NCBI GenBank assembly: GCA_016840165.1
Contig: JAEOSU010000067.1
Location: 35,400-99,399, forward strand
Direction: 5' to 3'
Length of the DNA stretch: 64,000 nucleotides
Source of the DNA: Promethearchaeota archaeon
GTDB lineage: Archaea > Asgardarchaeota > Lokiarchaeia > Sigyniarchaeales > SOKP01
A program made the translations under genes and the position numbers. How positions within the stretch are numbered: the first letter of the stretch is position 1; every line of letters starts with the position of its first letter. Positions 21,601 to 36,600 of this stretch are shown one piece after another. The notes beneath the pieces were generated by a model. The model had not been told where the DNA came from and did not search any database. It saw only the letters and a list, made by a program, of their open reading frames with translations.

Positions 21601-24600
21601 TGGGCCATATGAAAAGTTTAAAATAGCAGTGATTTGATCAAATGCATCAAGGAGTCCATCTCCAGAGTTCAAGTCAGTAATTGTTAATTGTCCTGTGATG
21701 GCATTAAATGCTACTGTGAAGTCACTATTATCAGTTAGGGTTGTGGATGAAAAGGTTGCATTCAAACCAATTACCTTATAGACGCTTACATTTACAAAAT
21801 CATCTTCAAAGGAAAGATCTCCAATATCATACGTATGGGTATATTCAGAAACACTAGTATATACGCTAAAGGATTCATAATAATATTGTACTACCTTATA
21901 TTCAGTTTCGTTCTTGAAGGAATATGCAATATTCTCATAAGAATGATCCATGCTAAATTGTTGGCCATACCATTCATAATATTCTGGTTTCAATAGATAA
22001 TTATAATCATAAATTACCCGAATTGAGTCAAGATCAATATTTTCCACTTCAATTAATATAGGTTGTGCCCAAGAAGTATTAATCACATACTCAAAGTATA
22101 ATGTTTTATTTGGTTCGATTATTAATGGTTCTTGAAATTCCATACCAAAGTATTCTGGGAATTGATTAAAATCTGGATTCCAAGTAAATGTATTGGTAGC
22201 AGATTCAAAGTGTAATTGATGATCATTTCCCGTAATACCTGCGGTATAATAATTACCATCTTCATCATAAATATTAAGATAGTCTAACCATTCTGAATTT
22301 GGATAGAATAATGGAATTTCATCTAAAGCTAGTTGATATGAATCATCTTCTGGAGTGGCACTTGCAGTAAACATTTCAACCTCAGAATATTGCCATACTC
22401 GACTATCTATATTACCCGCTTGAGTTGTGCCTTCAAATGAATCTTCTAAGAGTATTATTTCGGAAATGGTTAATTCATATGAAGGATCTGGCATGGTAAA
22501 GAGCAGATGAGTGAAATTCAAGACGTCGCTTTGCGTGGATTCATAGAGTGAAGTAAGGTCTAACTCAATTTTAACCGCTTTATATCTTCCATTATGTTCG
22601 GTATCAAATGGTGTTAATTGTAAGGGAGTCTGATAATAATAATCGGCAGTGAAATCTGAATAGGCGGTATCAGAACTGGCTTCCACTAATAATATTTCTG
22701 CTTTTGGAAGATCTGAATGGGAAGCATAATTATATCCTTTATTTTCAAAATATAACTTACCAATACCTACCGCTATACCCTTCTTGATTGGCGAATTATA
22801 ACGAATTGCGATCACTTGATCTTCTATAAAGGACATTACTTCTTTAGTATCTGGATGAATATATGTAGTCGGAATGTGTAAAGTGTATACATCTTCTTCT
22901 TTGGTATAAGTTAAGGATTTTCCTTCAGGGAATTCTAAATATTCGAGTCTATCATTAAAGATATATGCTAATTCATCTAGTCCTGTTTTTAGAGCATAGT
23001 CTAACTTTACATGGAAGTATTCTTTCCCGCTATTTAGAGGGGAAACCGATTCAGAATTCCATTGTGCAGTCTGGAATCTCGCAATTCCTTGTATATTATC
23101 TCCATTATACTCTTTATCAGTCCTAAATGTGGGAATAAGCCTAATCTTTTTCAGCGTATTAGAAGAGGTTGGTAGTTCAATTTTGATATTATAATCATAC
23201 ATGAGTAATTCTTCTCTAGAGAGCGTCTGAGTAAATGCTGACATCAATCCAGAATTATCATAAAGTTTAATGGTGAGGTGATCCACACTTTCAATATTTC
23301 TTATATTTGTATCAATGTAGAGTGCAAGGTACGTTCCATTGTGAATTTCATTAATTAATCCGCCATCAAAATCCCCGATTTCACCTTCTAAGTTAAATTC
23401 TAACTCATCTCCTTGCTCAAGATATGCAGCAATTTGAGAGGCATGACATACAGTAGTAGCTATGGTGGAATCTTCCTCATTTATAAAATAAAATGCATCT
23501 AAGTTAGGAATTACATCTACTCCACTTTCACCAATGACATCCCAATAGGGCATATCTAATGTATCTGTAATGGGCTCTGCGGGATTGTAAGTAAAGCGAT
23601 AACTGGCAAATTCTTTATCGTTACTTTCCGAGACAAAAGATACGTAAAATTCCATGAGTCCATTTGGTAAGACTAGCACATTCTCATCATTTTTGATTAT
23701 AATTTCACGTGTGGCACTAAGATATTCATAATGGATTGGATCTAAGAATCTCATTTTGCCAAATCTATCATAATAATAGATATTGATCGAATTTTCTCCA
23801 TTAACTTCAAGGACATCAATATAATTATCCAATTCTTCAGACATTAATTCATATACATATCCATTCTTAGAACTACTGAAATATTGAGATTTGATTTCAA
23901 ATTTATTCTCATAATAATCCCTTACATTTAAGCGATAGCTCAAGTATAAAGTATATTTGTTTTCAATAGAAAGGCTGTATTCGAAAGGAGTGATAATTGA
24001 CCCTCCACTTAGTTTCCTATATTCTTCTCTATAGTCAATTTGAGGATTATCACTTACCAAAGGATCATAAGGCGTATCAAAAATGTTGCTCCATGGGTAA
24101 GTTACAATCAAAAAGTGCTTTCTATCAAGCAGACCTGGTTGTAATTTAAATTTATAAGAAAGCTTAATGGCACTCTTTGGTTCAATATACCCTGATTGTC
24201 CTTCTGATTTGTCATTAAAGTAGATATATTCATTTTCAATCTTTAATACATAATCATTAAAGAGAGATTCGTTGGAATATGCTATAAATTGATCATCAAT
24301 ATATAAAGCAATTTGATACGCGTCATGTTGATCTCCCAAATACTTATAATTAAATGGGGTGTGTCCCATTTCATATTTAAGTAGTGTGGAATTATATTGA
24401 GCTAATACATAGAGATAAGAATTCTCGACAAGCTGATATTCTGAGCCATAGGTTGTCTTAATATAAGCCTCAATATTGTCGAAATTGATGGTATATTCAT
24501 AAGAATCTGGGGTATTTTGAGATAAATAGCTCTTTGACTCCTCATTAGCAATTTCAAATACTTCAATAGTTTCTTCATCCTCACCTTTTTGAGCCAATGT

Positions 24601-27600
24601 ATAAATTGTAGGGAATAGGATATAATCTTCTTTATATTGTCCTTCTGGAACAATATATTGTATGCTAAATTCATCAGTACTACTTTCTCCGGTGTATAAT
24701 ATAGAAATATTATAAAATTCTTCAGGTTGGAATGTAAATAGATCCTCTCCATCTTTAATATACGTACTATTGAAAATCTCCCATTCTAACGCAGTATATT
24801 CAATTGTAAAACTTGTTTCATCAGAGAAATCAGGGTGCAGGTGATATGTATCTCTATCTGTATAGTTGTAATCCCATTCAATTTGTGAAATATAGGGATC
24901 TTCTGGATCTTCATGGATATAATAATCATAGCTATTGATAAATTCATGATTAATCCAATAATCGATCATGATTTTATTTTCATCATCCGTATAGGAGCTT
25001 AATTCTCCTACTGCTTTAAAGAATAGAATATATGCAGTTCCGTTTTCATCATATTCTAAGGCAAAATCAGTATCAATCTCAAGTATATCCTCAGAAGGAG
25101 TAAATGAGCCGCTATAACCCTCAGATATTAAATTGCAATAATCTTCTTTGTAATTCCCGACTGGAAATCCTTGTACAGATAATGCATAGGAATAGGGCAT
25201 TCCCACAGCTCGAATTTCAGCGACGTCAATATCTTCTATTAATTGTAGTCCAAAGTTAATTATTTTGCCATAATTTGGGAAAATATTTTCCATAACTGAA
25301 GAGCTGTTTATATCAATATCTAAATCAAATAATTGATGATAAAAGACTTGTCCACTTACCGTTATAATATCTGTGGTTAAGAATTTATCAGCAAAATTAA
25401 AAGTGTCCTCCCAAGAGGTTGGTTCATTTCCTGAAATCGAGGATCGATAATCTGGTATTGAACTGCTCTCATAATCCATGTAGATTGTATTTATATATTC
25501 TTCCTCTCCTCTTATCGAAGTTCCAGAACCGTAATAAAGGTCAACATATCCATCTTGATACAAAGGCTCATCAATATCATAGGTATCAATAAACATGCCT
25601 AAGTTAGGAATCATATAGAAATTCTCAGAATTTACGGGAAGAGTCTGTTTCCAGCCAATATAATCAAAAGCATAATTCACTCCATCTGAATCTACTGATA
25701 CTAAGGTTACATTAGGTAAGTCTTTTAACGCAACTGTTACCTTACTACTATCTATTAAATTAAATGGAGATTTTCCATAGATACAATCGACAAGAGGGCG
25801 ACTAAATATCTGATAGTAATGGGGAGTGTTTACCGCAGCTTTTATATCGAAATTGCCATATTTATCTAAGGGCATTCTATCATAATTCTCAACTAAATGC
25901 TCATCAGAGATATAATCAAATTGCTCTAAGATAACATATGGAATATAGTTATCACTACTTCCTACTTGATGAATAGTAATTTCAATATCAACACTATCAG
26001 TTCCAACCATGTCATAAATCGCTTGGAGATCTTTATTATAGCCAATAACATAACTATTTGCTACGATATCTGGCTGAATCTCAGTATAATTTAATGGAAC
26101 TACTTTAGGATCTGAATAATATTCATAAAATCCATCGTTTGTCGTATATTTAAATTCAATCGTTAAATCATTGAAATCATCTCCATAAGTTTGAATTAAG
26201 TCTAGTAATGCATGATCCAGAATGAATGTTAAATTAATTTCTGGAGCATATAACAATGGCACATTCAATAACTTGAGAATGGTCTTTTCATTTGAATTGT
26301 CTAATGAAATATATAACGCGGAATCTTCAAGCGTTAATGGGTATATCTCATTGCTCGATTCATCTAATAATTTAGAAGTGGAGTCGGTATTATTTATTAA
26401 CCTTACAGAATCGCTATATGATTTATTATACTTCTGGAATCCGTATCCGAGGGTATATTGCGATTTTACTCCATAAATTACTGTAAATGGAGAAATTGGG
26501 GGTGTAATTTGATCAAGGGTAATCTTTAAGTGATTTCCTACTATTGCCTTCACAATTGGATTATCATTATTTAGTATCTCTAATTCATGTTCATTGTAGA
26601 TGATAAAATCCGAGGGTACAGCATTCTGCTTTCCATAATCTAAGGTATAATCAGCAGTAGTTCCATCACAATCTTGGACAAATCGAGTGAACATAGGAGA
26701 ATAGGAATTATCACTTTCAGGTAAGAATCCAGCAGGTAATCGAAGCTCTATCGAACTCTCATTATATTCATTAGTATATCCGAGTGTTATTATACCATAA
26801 TTATTAGAGCCAAAATCAAACTTTAATTTGTAGATAACTGAAAATTCAGTTCCCTCATCAGGAACATTAGCTCCCGTAAACCTAATGACTGAATCATTGC
26901 TTAAGATACCAGAAGGATAATACGGGGCAGTCCAATCAGTAGTCTGTTCAAACTCATATTCATCTCCCTCTTTTATTCCTATTACCTCTAACACACTAAT
27001 CTCAGTTAAGGCATTCAGCAATAATAATTCACTATCAGCATCAATACCATATTCTAAGGTATCATTACTAAACAAGAACGCAATTTCCTGTCCATACGTT
27101 TGTCCGTTTTGAATCCCTCCTAAATACCGTACACTATCACCGGTTGATACTGCATCCTCTATTGCTACGGTAATCGCACCGGAAGTAAATCCATCAACAT
27201 ATATTGACCATATGGTGTTTGGATCATTACTGGAAGGATTCTTTTCCAGCCTTAAGTCCAATAAATAGATTTCAACATCTCTTTCATCCTTAAAAATTTG
27301 ATCTCTATTGAAATCAATACTAAATGATAAATTTAAATCACATTGAAGCCCCATTAAAAATGCATCTTCTGGACCAAGCCCTATAGTAAAGGTCATTAAG
27401 CCATCATGATTCCCTGGACGGAGCATAATATCATTTCGCAGGGGGAATGTGCTAGTAGTACCATCCTCGTTGTAGATTGTACAATCTAAATTAATGTCAA
27501 TATAATCTTGGACAGATTCCTCACCACCCGATGAATTGAAATAAGGTTCTACCCATACACTTCCTATTAAAAATGGATAATTACTTTCAAATGGCATTTC

Positions 27601-30600
27601 CTTATCACTGTTATACGCTTCACCCCATGCAGAAACAAATGGATCAATAAGTTCAATATGGGTATTCTTCTCTCCGAATTTAATCCAGTTTGCGGGTCTT
27701 ATTTCTAAAGGTACGGCGACTACAGGAGATGCTTTATAAAAGTCAGATTCTACCACATGTACTCTGATGGTGGAAATACCTGGTCCTAACTTCTCACAGA
27801 GATCTACTATTGTCTCATTATCTACTGTTATAGTTCCACTATCATATGCTTTATGAATCTCCTTATAAAGAGTTTCTACTATATTTCCAGAAGGTGTAAT
27901 AAACTCAATATATGCATAATAACGATAATCACTATCATTTAGTATGTTTAATGGAAGTGGTTCTAATTCTGAATTGGTGTGGACTTTACTTAGATATTCT
28001 ACACTTGGAACCGTGGTCGATGGGATTGGTTTAGCTTCTGTCACGTGTAGGTGCAATGTTAATGGATCATATGTCTCATCAATATCATCATCAGGTAAAT
28101 TATAGGCATAATAGTCATTAATACCAAGAGCAATATCTTTCTTATGGAGATGGATAAGTCCTTCTACATAAGTGGAATCCTGAAGGACTGATTGTGTAAT
28201 ATCATAAGCAGGAACCTGAGCAGTGCCGTTGAATACTATTCCATCTTTTGAGCTAACATATTCATATGGAGAATCAATTGCCATCTCATCCCAATCTTCA
28301 ACATAGGTATTAAAGGCGCGAATATACAACACACAATCTTCAATATCAGAAATCTGGAGCTGTCTATTTTCTCTTGATATACTTCCCCAAATCTCAAAGA
28401 AATCAGTAAGAAAGTCATGATCAAATGAAATATCAAATGAAACTTCTCCGGTCTCATCAGTAATTCCATACGTCCAAATATAAGGTCCATATGCAGAGTA
28501 ATTTGAATAGTCGTGCTTAATCTCATAGATAAGAGGTCTACCATACATTTTATTTGCAAGATCAGTACCTCCTCCTGGACCTCGGAATGTAACATCTTCA
28601 GTTCCAAGCGATTCAAAATATGGATACACCCCATATTCTTCAAGAATTGCTCGATCATTGAAAAATTTCGTTTCAGACTTAGGCATTAATCCGATATGGA
28701 GCCAAACCACAGAGCCATTTATTGGTTTATCTTCAAAGGTCGATAACTTAAATGAAAACGTATAATTCTCTTTTACGAGGGTATCTATCATAACTTTAGT
28801 ATACTCTTCACCTTCCTCTAATTTTTCCATTGGATTGAAATTATAGATATATTCTCGTTCTTCATAAAATTTCTGATTAATCACCATGCTCTGCGAAGGA
28901 TCTTCAACCATTTCAAGCTTAATCTTCTTAGGAATAGTAATTACTGTAAATGGCTTTACCCATTTATTACTCTCTTTATATGGATAAATCTTATTACCAT
29001 TTTGGTCTTCATAATCAATTGGTATAGAATTATCAGACGATTTATTAAATACTGAAGTAGGCAAGTAGGTAAGTGCCATGTGGACAAGCTTCTTTCCTCC
29101 GCCAAAGGGAAGCGATAGTGGACTATCAAGCTCTAAGGATTGTTCATATTCAAAGAATCCTAGATTATCAATAGGAACAGTATCAATTGGAATGTTATTG
29201 CCATTCTGGTCTTGAAGCATTAACAATAAGTTCTGGGAAAGATCCACCAATCGAGATAATGGAGCATGATATTTTATTTCAAATCTATCATAGATAGTGA
29301 AATTTCCACTTGATAAAATAGAATTATAAAGATCTTTAAAGTAGATACTATAACCGTCCGCAGAAACACAATAATCAGTTCCAAATTGAAACTCGTATTC
29401 ATATCCGGTGTTATTGACTATTTTAATGTACTCAACAGAAGAAATAGAAGTATTAATGGAATGAATAAGCGATACAGGATGCAGCCCATAATATAATACT
29501 CTAAATACATCACCGGAATTATAGGGAAGCCCAGAAACTATCAATTCTCCATTACTGTTAATATTCCATGAATATTCACTTTCATTCAATAATTCAAAAC
29601 TATCAGCACTGCTCCAATTTACATAAATACTTTCGAGAGTGATTATACCTGTTTGAATGAATCTCTCATCATAAAATTGCGATCCTTGTATTGTCGCACC
29701 AGAACTTTCTATATCTTCATAAAGTAAATTCTTGTCAATAACAAATCGTTCGGTGAAGTTATCTTCAGCAATCCAATCTTTTGCTAACATATCATATTTG
29801 GCAAACGGAATCTCGATCAGATTGCTGTAGACATCATTCCCATAAGCATCCTTTGAGCTGTAAGACATAGGCGAAATTGGGCGACCTTTTTGTACTTTAT
29901 ATGAAATTAATAACACTGTGTCATAGTCGATGAATTTAAGAGAGTTGGCGTCCCAAAATATGTTCACTATATAGGCATTATCGACATAACTAATGAATGG
30001 ATCTTCGCTATATTGTAATATTTCTCGATCCTTGAAAAATCGTCCGTTCAAAGAGGAATAAAGGGGGTTTGTGGTCAAATTTTTATCAATATAATAGATA
30101 GCAAACTCTTCTCTATCCAAGAAATCAGGATCATCTAAGGGAGATACGATTTTTAGGTGGTGAACCGTCTCACCGTCCTCAGCTTCTTGATATCTGTATT
30201 CATAGACCTCATCTTCGATAACATATTCATCATTGTCCCTTATACAGCCTTCTAAGAGAAAAGATTGCCCATATTCTAACTCATAGCTATTTGCTGGAAG
30301 GTAGATTGGTTCAGTCTCAAAGAGAGATTCTTGAGTAACATTCAATATAAATTTGAATTTATTTACTAATGGCTCAGGTCTTCCTTCACCATCATTGTAT
30401 ATCCATTCTATTTCATTATCAGTTAGAGCTTTAGTAAAAACGCGAACATCATCGATATACCCATTATAAAAATCTTGAGCAGGAGTCTTACGAGCGCCAA
30501 ACATCAAAGAAGTCTCACGGTTATAGGTCCCGATCGTTGGTGCGACAGATTGAGGAACGGAATCGATATAGAAGTAAGGAATTATTCCATCACATCCGAA

Positions 30601-33600
30601 ATCTACAAGATGCCATTCATTATCATTATAGGCTCCACTATCAGATGCCGCGATGGTTCCTCCATACAATCTAACTCTAATTTGACCATTAGTATACATC
30701 TGAACCATTATATCTGGACCACCTCCAGGTGTTCCTGCTATAACCATGCCGCTAGTAGAAGAACTTTTAATCCAGACTGATATATGGATTGGATCTCCAG
30801 CATTCCAAATAGAAGTCATATCAAGGTCTGTGGTAACATAATCATTCACACCATCGAAATATAAAGATTTTCCAATTTTGCCATCTGCTAATGATGCTCC
30901 ATAAATTTCTCCATCATTATCACCAATATAATCATAAGCAATATCACCATTACCGAGATTCCACCATGCTGTCTCTTGGAATTCTCCAAAGATTATATTG
31001 TGGATTGGAGTTCCTGAAGATCCGAATGAAATATTATATTCTCCTAAAATTTTTGGCACTTGGAATCTCGAATAATAATACTTAGAGAGATAGCCAGATA
31101 ATGAATCTCTATCAATTTTAGTAATCCAGTTCGCCACACTAAATCCAAGTATTTCCCCTGAACTTGAATTAATCATTGTAATCGGCAATTCCAAAAGATC
31201 ATTTAATAATACTGGAGCCAATGAATTGCTATATCTGTAATTCAATTCAATAAAATCAGAATATTCAACATCAACAACTCCACCTTCAGAAACTTCTTCA
31301 TTATAGACAAATATTTTTACATCGGTAAACTCAATATTAAGGCGTCTAATCTTAAAGGTGGATTCCGCATAAAAATCATAATATTCGGGTGCTCTAAATA
31401 TAATGGTAGATTCAACAAATCCATCCTCATCAGCTTCAATGGAATCGCTAATTAGATTATAGAGAGAAAGATCTAAAATTCCTACTCTTTGATATGGTAA
31501 ATCAAGAACTGTGTAATTCTCAACTTCCCGCATGAATGATCCTGGCCATCGTTCAGAATCTGAAACGGTAAAAGTAATTGATTCTAAGAGGCGGAGGTCA
31601 AATTGCTTGTAAGGATTCGATAATGCGATGTCATTAAGCGAAATATATAAAGGAATTGCCATCATCTCACCAAGTCCGAAAATATCAACTTCATATTGCG
31701 ACTTTACATTTTCAAGGAAATATTCGCGTAAATCCAAGTCATAATATATGATTGGGAAGGAATTGCCTTCTAAGTCATTAAAGGAAATTACTAATTTTTG
31801 AATGGTGGTGTGATAATAGTAGGTAGCAGGCATTGTGAAATTAAGGAAAAAACCATCAGCGTTCGATAAGTTAAGTATATCTTTAAATTGAGAGGCGTAA
31901 TATTCAAAATAAATGAGGCTATCTTGAACTTCAGTACTATTTTCATATAACTCATGAATACGTGAATATTCTGGAAATTCTACAAAGCCATCTTCATCGA
32001 AAATATAGTCTAATCCATACTCAAGGTTGGTGCTGTTATCTGATGTCGTATTAATATAATATACCTGCTTTATCATAGCAAAATCAGATAGTCCAAAACC
32101 TCTATCATACAAATGTTCTAATTCAAGGGTTCGTACTTCCTCCTGCGCTACTGGGTTAATAATAACAATATTATCATCCACAAGCACGTGCTTCACAGCA
32201 GCAAAATAGTCATCCTTTCTTACCTCCCATGAAATATGGTTCATTGGGTTAATATTCGAATAAATTTCACTTGAAAGGAGTGAATTAGAATATCCAATTA
32301 ACGTATCTTTTGAATTCTCGGTTCCGAATGAAAGGGAATAATATCCAGCATCTAAATAAGCGGTACCATAGAAAAATCCATTAATAAAGGCATCAATAGA
32401 AGGAATATGTCCAAATTGACCGTGATCTTTAAACGATATTGTTCTTTCAGAAACTTCATTGCTGTTTAAATCAATGGTATTATCATCCCAAGAGACTGAT
32501 CCAACTTCTGGAATTGGAGCCCAACTATAAACTATATCATCAATATAGGCATGAAAATCCTCAAAAGCTTGAGAGGAGTGAGTGTACATATTAAAATTAG
32601 TTACACTGCTTAAGTCATTCGCGAAGTTTCCATTATCTACTTTTATAACTCCGTCAACCCACATATCGAAAGTATCTGTTCCGCAATCAAATTCAAATAT
32701 AAGATGATACCAGACATTTGCCGATATCGATTGAATCGTATGATAAGTTCCATCATTCCATTCTAAGAGACCATTATAAGCTCTCCAATAAGGTCCTGAA
32801 GTACCTCCAGCATCCCTAAAAGAACCAAATATTTTATTATCGCTTCCGCTTATATCATCTACTCTAAACCAAAACTCTGCAATACCAGTACTTTGACTAC
32901 TAAAATAATTATTTATTGAAGAACTATATAATGCCGAATTATCATAAAGTTCTATCACATTTTTATATCCATCGATTTCATCAGTAATTTTAATATGAGT
33001 ATTAAAAGAGGCACTTGGATGAAAATTAATCTTTAACAACGGTTCAATATCATATGGATTTATATTCCGTCCCACTTCATATCCTAAACCATCATGACTC
33101 GTAGAGTCCCAAGAGTAACTTATAGCATCGACATACCACGAGAAATCGGCATTCGACGTCCAATCCGCACTAAATATTTGAATATATTCTATATCGACAC
33201 TATGCTCAAAATTGGTAGTGCCAATGTGAGCCCCATCAATATACCAATTCATTGTATTAGCAGATTTGTCAAAAACAACCTTCAGATGGAACCACTTGTC
33301 TTTGGTAATACTGGCGTGATAGAAAGTATTCCACCCTCCATCGTATACATATAAATAGTGATTCGACAATTTTAAATAAGCCTGACAGGTTCGAGAAGTT
33401 CCTCTTAAATCCAAATAAAGGTAATCATATGTGACTGAAGAATCTCCCCTTGCCCAAAATTCAACCGAGCCTGACGATTGGGCGGAAGAGAAATAATTCC
33501 TCATAAGGAATCTCTCATCAATTTTATTGTCATACATCTTTACTACCTTTTTATGACCGCCAAGCTCAGAAAATACTGATATGGAACAATCAGTATCACT

Positions 33601-36600
33601 ATAATCAATCCAGTCTGATGGGAATGAGTCATCTTGATCATCTCGAAAGTCATAGGTTCCATAATAAACACCTTGTTCGGTCTCAAAACTAAACATATCA
33701 GTTGGAGCTGGTAGAGCCTGCATTGACAATAACACATTCTCAAGCGAAGTAATATTTTCATTTCCGGCAGCATCAGCTACTTTATATTCGATAGTGAAAT
33801 AAGATGGAAGTTCACCTAGATCACATAGACGTTCAATTAATTTTGGATCAAAATTAACCCAATCAGAGACAGCCCCGGTAGTAAGATCAATAATTCGATA
33901 TTGTTCTTTTATACTTGATTCTTCTCCACTATTATACAACCATGATACTTCATCATCCGAAAGAAGAAATTCATATACTCTTACATCATCAATCTGCCCT
34001 AGAAAACGATTAGAATCAGGACTGGCAAGAATTCTATAATTTGCTACATGGAAATTATTGGCGGTAGTATCTGAATTAATAATGGATGTAGTGAATTTCT
34101 GATCATCAAACCACATTGTTACATTACCAAAATCAACTACTGCAGCTAAGAAATGCCATTGTCCGTCATCAGTAGCTCCTGTAATTGTAAAAGGATATAT
34201 ATGATTAGTTCCGTATCCAGTTTCTGTCCAGAACTCTATTTCATCTGTATCCTTAATAAGCATCATGTTAATGTTTGTAGCCACGCTTTCACCGCTTCCT
34301 CCTTCACCGCATATCCAAGCAAGATGGTCTCTAGTGGTCTTAAACCAACATACCATAGTATACCCGCCATTTGGTAAGTTGTAATCCATCATATCAACTT
34401 GATCATAATCACCGTCGAAATCGAGAGCATTACCAAACTTACCCGATATCCAATCATCGTCAGTCATGTTAGAGTCTAAGATTCCATTGTTATTACCGAT
34501 TGAATCACTAGCAGTATATCCACTTGTTTCATCAAATTTCCACCATGCGGTCTCATTTAAAATAAGTTCATTTGAGGTAAACTCGATCTGTGTGAGAGGA
34601 TTCGCATATCCAAATTTATTAGCTTCGATATTATATTTTTGATCCCATGAAAATCCGATTGCATCTAAATATGTTGTAGCACGAGATTTACTATCATAAT
34701 AGAATTTATCCAAATCTGCAGTGGGGTTTGTAGTTCCATATGCACCATATTTATAGCCATCAACATAAATATAAAATGTATCAGCAGCAAGTCCTTCATA
34801 GCCACCTGTTCCACATTCGAAATCAATACGAATATGATACCATTGATCTGCATTATATTGTACAATATTATGCCAATCTCCGTCATGATATCGCAGCCAT
34901 CCATCATTCCGCCATATAATATATGTAAATATTGTTGCACCACTATACAATATAATTCTGTGATATGTATCAGTCTCTCCTAATCGGATCCAAAATTCTA
35001 TTGTACCCGATTCTTGAGAAGAAGCAAAATTATGACTCATAGATTGCCAATCAACTGTATCATATAGTTTCAAAACTTTTTTATGATCATCCAATTCATT
35101 CTCAACTATACAAGTTCCCAAACCATTAAAATCTACAAACTCTATATTTGCTCCGCTCGTTCCATCCTCTTCATTCTCAAAGCTATATGTAGCTGGATAA
35201 TCTAAAGCTCCCAAACTAATTAAAGGCTGTGGAGCATCGAAATCGGCAGTTAAATTATAGCGATATTTTCCATTATTGCCTAAAACATCAGTTACATTAC
35301 ACATTACTTCAATAATATCATTAGTAGATGCTCCTGTATCACCTTTCACATCATCCCACATATACTCAAACCTAGTTTGAATTCCTGAGTTCTGGACCAT
35401 ATCTCCGACTTTGACATCACCGGAACCAACATTATAATATAACTCAACAGAGGTAACTTCATTATCCGCACTAAAGGCGAAATAGGTGCTATTAGTGATA
35501 TACGTGGTGGGGGTCTCTAACTCGCCAATAGGCACTACAAATCTTAGAATTGCGTCAGTATATTCTTGATCTAATAAAATATTGTACCAACCAAGCTGAG
35601 TATAGGTAAAGTTATAGTATAATCTCTGCCTTAGCATTAACCTCTGTCTAGTATCAGAATCTCTAAGGAATCCACCAAAAATACCAATATCAAGCTTATC
35701 ATCATTAGAAAGCATATGAATAGAGTTATCATCTTGAATATAATTTGGAGCATAGATTGGCTGCATTTCAAAGGGAATAGTTATCTCAGTTGCTGAAATT
35801 CGGGTGGTCTCAAATGATGTATATGCCACAGTAAGGTCATATTTATTCAGATTAAGGGTAGCAAGCACTTCTAACTTGGACTTGCTTCCTAAATTCATTT
35901 GAAGGATACAATTCCAATCATATTCTAATTTCGCTCTAATGTAATATTTATCATTTTCAATATCGTGAAGGATTAATCTATTAACTTCCTCTCGTGATAT
36001 CGTAATTGAATTATATTTTAAGGCAAATGATTCAAAATCAAGAAATTCATTTCTTAAATAGAAATTATACAATTCCTGTATTAAGGCATATTGAGAATAG
36101 ACAAAAGCATCATCAAACTCAATTACTCCTTCATAATCTAACTCAAGGGAAATTTCTTCAAGGTAAATCTCATCATTTTCATAATAATCGGTAAGATCGA
36201 TATCAAATTCAATTTTGGGATTAATGAAATGCTCCGTATGAGGTGTATTATAGAATAAATTAGCTCCAATTGAAGTTATTGAAAAGCCGGTCTTTGCGAT
36301 AAAACATTCTCCTATATCTTCTTCAAAGGCAAAGATTACCTTAGCTTCAAATTCTTGAGAACTTGTTTTGTTGAAATAATCTTCAAACATTACAAAATTT
36401 CTATCGGCGACATAGGAAAAGGTATTAGTGCCGGTATAATCATCATAACAGACAAAACTAACCTCATCCCACTTATTTTCCACAAAATTCCACATGTGGA
36501 TCTTTAATAAATGTGAGCCTTTTTCTTCATCAGCTAAGACTAATCTACCAGTAGTTTTATCAATTTTTTCCATATCATATCCAGGAATAGCATCATATTG